Source: Candidatus Omnitrophota bacterium (GTDB lineage Bacteria; Omnitrophota; Gorgyraeia; Gygaellales; Profunditerraquicolaceae). Taken from it: 64,000 nucleotides of DNA. The DNA lies in the NCBI GenBank assembly GCA_016208765.1, contig JACQXK010000009.1, positions 20,819-84,818 of the forward strand, written 5' to 3'. Shown here piece by piece: positions 50,449 through 57,415 of this stretch. A program made the position numbers and the translations under genes. Position 1 is the stretch's first letter; each line of letters starts with the position of its first letter. The notes beneath the pieces are model-generated. The model was not told the DNA's origin. It did no database searches and saw only the letters and a list, made by a program, of their open reading frames with translations.

Positions 50449-51882
50449 TTAAGAATAAACGCGCAGAAAATTCAGCCAGATAAACAGGCAGATGAGTGTT
50501 AAAAGATATACAGAAAAAACATTTTCGTATTTCGGCGGTTTTTGATTGATGAGAAAGAATTGAATTATTCCTAGTATTGCGCAGGGGATAATAAGTAGCG
50601 GCTCTAAGAAAAGAAATGCCAGCAGGCAGTAGCTAATAAGATAAAATAAGCTGACAAAGATTTTAAGCCACGGCTTAGATTCTATTTCTGTAATATTTAA
50701 ACATCCGGTGAAAAAGACCAGAATATAAAATGAAAAAATATGAGGAAAGCTTAGAATTTCTCCTCCGGAAAAAAGCCAGCCTAACATTACTAATAAGATA
50801 ATATTAAAACAAAGCACTGTTTTGGATAAAATTGGTACGCGGCAAAGTTTTAGCGGCGGGAGAAAATAAATAAAGATGCTTGTTATTGATAGGGCAAAGA
50901 AGAAAAAGGTGGTGAAATTTACTGTAATTGATGAAGCTAGGGCCATGCCAAAGAATAAGGCAATTGCTGTTTTTTTGCCTGCCTGAGGAGGATTAATAAA
51001 AAGTGAGTAAATTGCAAACCCAAGCCAAATCGTGGCTAAAATTAACAGAAATCCTACAAGATTAGAAAATATTATTTTTGCTGCTCCCGCTTGATAAATA
51101 GACATTCCAATAAGAAATAAAAATATAAGCTGGGCTATGGTTTTAATTTTGATTTGCTTAGTGAGCATTTTGAAATATCCGCTTTTTCCAAGGGCAAGAA
51201 GGGTCAATATTTCAATAAAAATAAAGAGCGCCAGAAAACGGATTATTGTAATGATAGAGATCCCGTCCTGGCAGCTTGAGCAGGTGAATTTGGCTAATAA
51301 CGGAATAATGGAGGCTGCTAAAAGCGCAAAATATATTGCTATTGCTCCAAAGAGAGTCTTTACAAGGCTTTTTGTCTTAGTTAGAAAATATAAAACCGAT
51401 AAAATCACTGATAGTAGCGCAGTAATTGTTTCTCCGGGTGTGATGTTTGCCGAGAAGAAAAAGAGATTATACAACTTTGTAGGATGAACGTAGCGGATGT
51501 CAATGCCTTTACCTTTTGAAATTATCAGGTCAATGATCGGGGCAAAAATCCCTATTGCACAAACGAGGCTTAGCGCAGAGCGCAGCGATTTTTGAATTAT
51601 ATCTCCGGTAATTAAGGTAAAAATAATAGAAAATAATAATACAGAAGCTATCCAGAAAAGTGTATAGTGGAAAAATGATATCCCGATACTGACACTGCTC
51701 ATTAACAGGTTTGGATCAGAAGCAGAAAATATAGAGAACGGGACCATTGCTGTATCTGAAAATATTTCCAAGAAATTGCGCAGATTGATTATGCCAAGAA
51801 AACTTAAGATATAATAAGTAAGCGGGATATTTTCATCTTGGCTGAAAGAGGTGATTTTCTCTAAGAAGTGTGGAATTTTCAT
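50449..51882 (-). CDS. Polytopic membrane protein of unknown function
   Basis: Long hydrophobic ORF; probable start MKIPHF at 51882 just downstream of a promoter. Confidence 0.7.
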   Translation of the reverse strand: MKIPHFLEKITSFSQDENIPLTYYILSFLGIINLRNFLEIFSDTAMVPFSIFSASDPNLLMSSVSIGISFFHYTLFWIASVLLFSIIFTLITGDIIQKSLRSALSLVCAIGIFAPIIDLIISKGKGIDIRYVHPTKLYNLFFFSANITPGETITALLSVILSVLYFLTKTKSLVKTLFGAIAIYFALLAASIIPLLAKFTCSSCQDGISIITIIRFLALFIFIEILTLLALGKSGYFKMLTKQIKIKTIAQLIFLFLIGMSIYQAGAAKIIFSNLVGFLLILATIWLGFAIYSLFINPPQAGKKTAIALFFGMALASSITVNFTTFFFFALSITSIFIYFLPPLKLCRVPILSKTVLCFNIILLVMLGWLFSGGEILSFPHIFSFYILVFFTGCLNITEIESKPWLKIFVSLFYLISYCLLAFLFLEPLLIIPCAILGIIQFFLINQKPPKYENVFSVYLLTLICLFIWLNFLRVYS

Positions 51883-51894
51883 GGGATTAACAAA

Positions 51895-51923
51895 ATTATC
51901 GCGGCAAAACAGATGATTGTCAA
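51895..51923 (-). promoter_or_regulatory. Sigma70-type promoter of the lipid operon
   Basis: Minus strand TTGACA-17nt-GATAAT. Confidence 0.6.
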
Positions 51924-51961
51924 GCCATCTTTTGTAATAAGTCCGTGACAATTTTTAGCAG

Positions 51962-52128
51962 TAACGGGGTTTGTCTTGTCTTGTTCTCGCAGCACCGCTC
52001 GCCTCGACCCAGCGTGTCGGGGCTTCGCTCGGGCGAAAACTCTTGCTCTTCACCGACTTTTAGTCGGGGAAACCGTGCCCGCAAGAGTTTTCTAACGTGC
52101 TGCTCGAATCAAGCCAAGCCATCCGTTA
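51962..52128. repeat. Structured intergenic repeat element, copy 2
   Basis: Core 51984-52108 matches 10340-10466 with compensatory changes. Confidence 0.85.
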
Positions 52129-52282
52129 TTGTATTATGTAAAGCATGTTATAATCCGATTTTTTCTATTGAAAGCTATACTGTTACGCGATATAATTGGA
52201 CACCTCAAGATTTTGTGAGGGATTATCAATGAATTTAATCCTCTCGAGCGAAGCGAAAGAGGATCTGAGAACCAAATATTTT

Positions 52283-52357
52283 TGCCCTGTCGTCTAATCG
52301 GTAGGACTTCAGATTCTGGATCTGACTATCATGGTTCGATTCCATGCGGGGCAGCCA
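52283..52357 (+). tRNA. tRNA-Gln(CTG)
   Basis: Cloverleaf, tcaga-ttCTGga-tctga, encoded CCA. Confidence 0.95.
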
Positions 52358-52585
52358 ATTTCGAGCCTGGACTCGAACCAGAGCTTGAAACTGGCAGAGT
52401 CCCGCCGCATTCTTGCAGAATGCAAGAGGCGGGACGGTCTAATGTTCTATTTTCTATTGTTCAAAAGGTGATTTATGCCTTTTATGTTTGAGAATCTTAA
52501 TAAGAAAATGGTCGCTGTCCCTATTATATAAAAAAATAGAAAAATTGATAGCAACCAAAAAACATAGACAAAAAGGAGGTGTTGT

Positions 52586-52984
52586 ATGTTTTTTAAGACA
52601 GTGGTAGTAGCCATAGCATTATTTTTTGCTGCGACTGGGGCATTTGCTCAGTTTGCGGGTCCGGGTGCAACAGACAGTGGAAATAAAACGGTAAAACAAA
52701 TTCTTGAAAGGCCCATGGATGATATGTGGGTAAGCCTTAAGGGGAATATTTTAAACAAAGTTGCGCATGAAAAGTATATGTTTAGCGACGGCACAGGCCA
52801 GATTGTCGTAGAGATTGATGATGAATATTTCCCTTACAATAGGCCAATTACTCCGCAAACTACCGTAGAGATATCAGGGGAAGTGGATCATGAATTTACA
52901 CGTCTTGAGATTGATGTTAAGCAAGTTACCATTATTAGCGATACCAGCACAGCGCCGCAACAGGGTGGGTTTAAAAGCAACTAG
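52586..52984 (+). CDS. YgiW/YdeI family bacterial OB-fold (BOF) periplasmic protein
   Basis: Signal peptide, QFAGPG, V.L.GNI, Y.F.DGTG.I.VEID, V.I.GEVD. Confidence 0.88.
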   Translation: MFFKTVVVAIALFFAATGAFAQFAGPGATDSGNKTVKQILERPMDDMWVSLKGNILNKVAHEKYMFSDGTGQIVVEIDDEYFPYNRPITPQTTVEISGEVDHEFTRLEIDVKQVTIISDTSTAPQQGGFKSN

Positions 52985-53025
52985 TGTCCTAAAGAGAGAT
53001 TATTTAGTTATATAAGCAAGGAAGC

Positions 53026-53415
53026 TTAGATTTTTGGCAGCAAGCGTTCAATCTCGGCTCGGCGTTCTTTCTCGGTTCTGAGGCGGGAGATCTGCAGGAG
53101 CCTTCGGCCAGTGAAGATTTTTAGCTTCTCTTCATCGTTGCATGATTTCATATCTTGGATGAAGTCCAGGGGCAGATTATTGACTATTTTTAGCAAGTGT
53201 GCTAATTTGGACTCCGAGATATTTAGTTCTTTATGGGCTTTTGCCCAGGTTATTCTTCCGGGACCGTTATTGATAAAGACCTGGATTTTTAGGCCTTCGT
53301 AGATAGTATTTTTGATAATTCGCTTTGCCCGCTGAGGTTTCTCAGGTAAAGGATCGCCAAAACGGATCAATTGTTTCCTACTCCTACGGGTGTAGATTTT
53401 CACAATCATATGCAC
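53026..53415 (-). CDS. Hypothetical basic protein, possible HTH
   Basis: 129-aa ORF with TWAKAHKELNISESKLAHLL helix-turn-helix-like segment. Confidence 0.45.
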   Translation of the reverse strand: MHMIVKIYTRRSRKQLIRFGDPLPEKPQRAKRIIKNTIYEGLKIQVFINNGPGRITWAKAHKELNISESKLAHLLKIVNNLPLDFIQDMKSCNDEEKLKIFTGRRLLQISRLRTEKERRAEIERLLPKI

Positions 53416-53474
53416 TATATGGAGTTGTGAAGTTCGTCTGACGACAAGTTCGGGCAGTTAAATAATGTTCCTAC

Positions 53475-53503
53475 TTGTAATATCTGTATAACAATGTTAT
53501 ACT
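53475..53503 (+). promoter_or_regulatory. Toxin-antitoxin promoter with palindromic operator
   Basis: TTGTAA-17-TATACT overlapped by GTATAACA-A-TGTTATAC (53486-53502). Confidence 0.7.
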
Positions 53504-53570
53504 TATATTGCAAAAGCACCCGGCCTAATTGGATTGGCCGGGTGCACTTTCTGTGCAAGGAGATGAAGAT

Positions 53571-53789
53571 ATGACTCTATTGAAAGCATTTCGTTTACCG
53601 GCTGGGTTGGTTAATAGGTTAGCTTCATTGGCAAAAGCTACACATCGCAGTGAAACTTTTTATGTTACCGATGCCTTAGTCCACTATTTGGAAGACTACG
53701 CCGATGCTCAAATCGCCAAAGACCGCTTTAACGATCCAAAATCTAAGATTATTTCCGGCAAAGAGCTAAGGAAGCAGCTCGGTGTATAA
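53571..53789 (+). CDS. Ribbon-helix-helix antitoxin (RelB/CopG-like)
   Basis: AFRLP..L..RL..LA..T.RS..FYV..AL..YLED; AAGGAG RBS. Confidence 0.82.
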   Translation: MTLLKAFRLPAGLVNRLASLAKATHRSETFYVTDALVHYLEDYADAQIAKDRFNDPKSKIISGKELRKQLGV

Positions 53790-54039
53790 GGTTGCCTATC
53801 TTGATTCGGTTGAGCAAGACCTTAAAAAGCTCGATAAATCTACGGTTAAGAAAATTCTTATCCGCATCGAGACTTATCTTGCTCAAGAGCCTAAAGAATT
53901 AGGAAAGCCTTTAAAAGGAGAATTCCAAGGGCATTGGCGATACTGTTGGGGCGATTACCGTGTTATCTATAAAATATCAGAACAAGAGATCTTGATTGTT
54001 ATTTTGTGTATTAGCAATAGAAAAGATGTTTATGGGTAA
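53782..54039 (+). CDS. RelE/ParE family toxin
   Basis: DLKKLD, GKPLKG, WRY.WGDYRVIY, R.DVY; overlaps antitoxin. Confidence 0.88.
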   Translation: MYKVAYLDSVEQDLKKLDKSTVKKILIRIETYLAQEPKELGKPLKGEFQGHWRYCWGDYRVIYKISEQEILIVILCISNRKDVYG

Positions 54040-54167
54040 TCTATAAAAACGTGCAGTCAGGCGTCAATCAGGTCAGCATATGAATTATTCAAAAAAGCAG
54101 TTGCTTTTTTCCCGAAGATAAATAAAATAGTACTAAGAAGATAAACAAACTTTAATTACTAATAAAA

Positions 54168-54560
54168 ATGGAAAGCGTTTTAACTAAAACTGAAACAAAG
54201 GCAAAAATAAAAGAAGGCCCTTTTTGCTCTATACATTTAACTGCGGATTTTATTTCGCCTAAGATTTTTATTGAAGATGCCGAGGAATTGGAGAACATTC
54301 TTTATCAGGCAGCGTTTGCTGCCAATAATACTCCGCTTAAGGCAGTAGTGCATAAATTCCCAGTGCAGGGTATTACCGGAGTCATTTTATTGGCAGAGTC
54401 GCATATTTCTATTCACACTTGGCCGGAGCACGATTATGTGGCAGTGGATATTTTTACCTGCGGAGAGAAAACCCAACCTTTAAAAGCCCTGGAGTATTTA
54501 AAAAAGAAGTTCCTTCCTGAGAAGGTCAAATTTGAAGAGGTCAGAAGAGGAAAAATATGA
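54168..54560 (+). CDS. speD: S-adenosylmethionine decarboxylase proenzyme
   Basis: HKF..QGITG..LLAESHISIHTWPE, DIFTCG. Confidence 0.93.
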   Translation: MESVLTKTETKAKIKEGPFCSIHLTADFISPKIFIEDAEELENILYQAAFAANNTPLKAVVHKFPVQGITGVILLAESHISIHTWPEHDYVAVDIFTCGEKTQPLKALEYLKKKFLPEKVKFEEVRRGKI

Positions 54561-55444
54561 GCAAATCGTTTTCATTCCCCGCTAAGCAATGGTTTCTGGA
54601 GAATTCGTTTCCGGGAGTAAGAAGGTGTAAAACTGATTTATTCCGTATAGATAAGGAAATATTCAAAGGGAAAAGCAAATTTCAGGACATCCATATATTT
54701 AAGAGCCCTGGTTTTGGCAGGATGCTTTCGTTAGACAGCATAATTCAGCTTTCTGAAAGCGACGAATTTATTTATCATGAAATTATTGCGCATGTCCCGC
54801 TTCTTTCTCATCCAGCCCCAAAGAGATTCCTGGTTGTAGGAGGAGGAGACGGAGGTGTCCTGCGTGAGGCCCAGAAACATCCCTTAAAAGAATTGTATCA
54901 GGTTGAAATTGACCGCCAGATTGTTGAGCTTTCCCAAAAATACCTCCCTTTTATTTCTAAAGGAGCGTTTAAGGATAAGCGGCTGCAAATATTTTTTGAA
55001 GACGGATTTAAATTCTTAAGAAGATATAAAAAATTCTTTGATGTTATTGTAGTTGATTCAACTGATCCTGTTGGCCCGGGCAAGATCTTATTTAGCAATG
55101 CATTTTATAAAATACTGGATAATTCATTGACAGATGACGGTATTGCAATATTTCAATTGGGCCCGTTTTTGGATTTTAACCTGATTGTAAAGCCCACAGC
55201 GAAGAAACTAAAAACACTCTTTAAATACGTGCATCCGGTGCGGCTGTCTATGCCTTCATACAGCTGCGGATGCGAGTATTGTTTCCTTATCGCCTCAAAG
55301 AAAATAAACCCCGCTTCACTCACTCCCAAAGAAGTTGCAAAAAGACTAAGGCAATCGCTTGGCAGTAAAGAAAAGGCTCTCAAGTATTATACTCCCGAGG
55401 TTCACTGCGCAAGCATGGTCATGCCAAAGCTGTGGCAAATTTAA
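54557..55444 (+). CDS. speE: Polyamine aminopropyltransferase (spermidine synthase)
   Basis: SKFQDI, DEFIYHE, VVGGGDGG, EID, DVIVVDSTDPVGP. Confidence 0.93.
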   Translation: MSKSFSFPAKQWFLENSFPGVRRCKTDLFRIDKEIFKGKSKFQDIHIFKSPGFGRMLSLDSIIQLSESDEFIYHEIIAHVPLLSHPAPKRFLVVGGGDGGVLREAQKHPLKELYQVEIDRQIVELSQKYLPFISKGAFKDKRLQIFFEDGFKFLRRYKKFFDVIVVDSTDPVGPGKILFSNAFYKILDNSLTDDGIAIFQLGPFLDFNLIVKPTAKKLKTLFKYVHPVRLSMPSYSCGCEYCFLIASKKINPASLTPKEVAKRLRQSLGSKEKALKYYTPEVHCASMVMPKLWQI

Positions 55445-56409
55445 AATTTAAGGTTGCGATTATGGGCAAGGGCCGCATTGCCAATGCCCTTGGTTTTTAT
55501 TTAAATAAGAATAATATTTCTGTTTGCGAGGATATTAGCCGCAGCGATCTTATAATTGGAGCCTTAGGAGGAGATTTTGGCGAAGATTGCCTTAAGGCCG
55601 CGCTGCATTACAAAAAGAATTTATTGGATATTTCTGATGTTGACCCGCCGTTTTACCTGAAACATAAATCTCAGATAGAGAGATCCGGCATTACAGTTAT
55701 CCCGGGATGCGGTTTTTCACCGGGGTTGGTTAATTTGATTATCGGCAGGGAACTTGCGATAAATCCAGGAATCAGGAAAATTGAGATTAAAGCAGGGTCT
55801 CTTTCCGGAAAGAATAATTATTTTCCTTTTCTCTGGTGTTTTGAAGATTTGATACTTGGGCATAAACTTTTCTCATGGCAGCTGGTTAGAGGAAAGAAAA
55901 AGAGGTTTGCGCCTTTAGCCGGCCTGCAAAAAGAAAATTTCTTTGGTATTCAGGCTGAAAGCTATCTTTCTGCAAGCGGCATTGAGAATTTATTTACCGG
56001 GCGCGGTTTAACTGATTTTCAATACCGCGTGATCAGGCCGCTTGGATTTATTAATTTCCTGAAGTTTTTAATTAATCAGGGATTTCTAGATAAAGCTAAT
56101 TTTGCACTAACTAAAAAAATCCTTGAAGAGAAAAAAGAAGATAATTTCAGTTTTGCAAACGTTAGCCTATCCGGGCCAGGAAAAAAGATTGAATGGTTAC
56201 TCAAAAGCTCCTCTAAGAAAAATGAACAGTTAAATTCCATGCAGAAAATTACCTCAGCTGCTCCGGTAATTATTGCCAATTTTCTAAAAGAGAATAAAAT
56301 TGGCAAAGGGTTGCTTTTTATGGAGCAGCTTGGCAGTGATGAAGTTTTATTTTCTGATTTAATTAATAGAGCCAGAGAAGAGGGAATTGTTTTGCAAAGG
56401 AAGCCTTAA
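55432..56409 (+). CDS. Saccharopine dehydrogenase-like oxidoreductase
   Basis: IMGKGRIA Rossmann start, LLDIS, IPGCGFSPGLVN, SMQKIT. Confidence 0.7.
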   Translation: MANLKFKVAIMGKGRIANALGFYLNKNNISVCEDISRSDLIIGALGGDFGEDCLKAALHYKKNLLDISDVDPPFYLKHKSQIERSGITVIPGCGFSPGLVNLIIGRELAINPGIRKIEIKAGSLSGKNNYFPFLWCFEDLILGHKLFSWQLVRGKKKRFAPLAGLQKENFFGIQAESYLSASGIENLFTGRGLTDFQYRVIRPLGFINFLKFLINQGFLDKANFALTKKILEEKKEDNFSFANVSLSGPGKKIEWLLKSSSKKNEQLNSMQKITSAAPVIIANFLKENKIGKGLLFMEQLGSDEVLFSDLINRAREEGIVLQRKP

Positions 56410-56414
56410 TAAAA

Positions 56415-56942
56415 ATGATAAAACATTCTTATTTAAGTAAAAAAGTAAAAGTTCGCTCCTCCGGGATCAACCGTCGGGGAGTATTTGCTGTGGCTGGGCT
56501 TAAGAAAGGCGAAGCAATCGCGGTTTGGGGCGGATACATTATTACTCAAAAAGAATTTAAAGTTTTGTCCAAGAAGCGATTTAAGAATATAGATGACTAT
56601 GCCACAAAAGTCTGCGACGGGTTCTACATGGTTTCCTGCAAAAACGGTACTTTGGAAGATGACGATTTCTTTAACCATAGCTGTAATCCAAATGCAGGGA
56701 TAAACGGGCAGATTGTAATGGTTGCTATGCGCAATATTCTCCGGGGAGAAGAAATCACCTACGATTACGCAATGACTGACGCAGAGTTTGATTATAGCTT
56801 TAAGTGCTCCTGCGGGCAAAAGAATTGCCGTAAAATTGTTACTACCAAAGATTGGAAAATTCCTTCTTTGCAGAAAAGATATAAAGGACACTTTTCCTGG
56901 TATATCCAGGAAAAGATCAACAAATTAAGCCTCAGGCATTAA
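56415..56942 (+). CDS. SET-domain methyltransferase with post-SET zinc motif
   Basis: RGVFA, FNHSCNPN, GEEITYDY, CSCGQKNCR. Confidence 0.92.
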   Translation: MIKHSYLSKKVKVRSSGINRRGVFAVAGLKKGEAIAVWGGYIITQKEFKVLSKKRFKNIDDYATKVCDGFYMVSCKNGTLEDDDFFNHSCNPNAGINGQIVMVAMRNILRGEEITYDYAMTDAEFDYSFKCSCGQKNCRKIVTTKDWKIPSLQKRYKGHFSWYIQEKINKLSLRH

Positions 56943-56990
56943 CAAAATATTTGTTCTTTTGGTTTAGCGTTGTATAATAAGGCAATTAAC

Positions 56991-57073
56991 GCGAGGGTGG
57001 CGGAATGGCAGACGCGACAGTTTGAGGGGCTGTTGACCGCAAGGTTGTGAGGGTTCAACTCCCTCCCCTCGCA
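56991..57073 (+). tRNA. tRNA-Leu(GAG)
   Basis: Cloverleaf with long variable arm; acagt-ttGAGgg-gctgt. Confidence 0.94.
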
Positions 57074-57252
57074 TAAAATTAATTCTTAGTACCTTCTTTG
57101 GGCTGAAGCTAAAAAGAAATATTCTTTATTCTTAGCGTGATTTTGATTTTTAGACTTTTCGCTCTGCCCGCCTTCAACCCTCTAAAAACAAAACCTCTGG
57201 GCAAAATCCGATGTATTTGTTGAGGTCAAGGCAGAAAAAATGCTTCCCTTTC

Positions 57253-57392
57253 TTGATTTTTCCTATAAATATGTTACACTTACATTAATAAAATAATCCG
57301 GTAGTCCTGTTTATGGAGGTAAACAGGGTTGCCACGGTTTTAGAAGCCGGATTGACTCAAAAGGGGTCGATTTCCGGTTTCTTTATTTTTTG
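57253..57392 (+). promoter_or_regulatory. Promoter and structured leader with intrinsic terminator
   Basis: TTGATT..TG.TACACT; hairpin 57300-57333; hairpin 57342-57381 followed by T-run, ~25 nt before the ATG. Confidence 0.6.
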
Positions 57393-57415
57393 CCTACTTT
57401 CTAAAAAGTTAAAAA

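Noticed and set aside
51945-52491. ORFs 51945-52232 and 52282-52491
   Set aside because: They overlap the structured repeat and tRNA-Gln; GC-rich structure explains the open frames.
57309-57324. Fluoride riboswitch (ATGGAG loop)
   Set aside because: Lacks the downstream GCTGATGAC/CTAC pseudoknot partner, and there is no fluoride-related gene.
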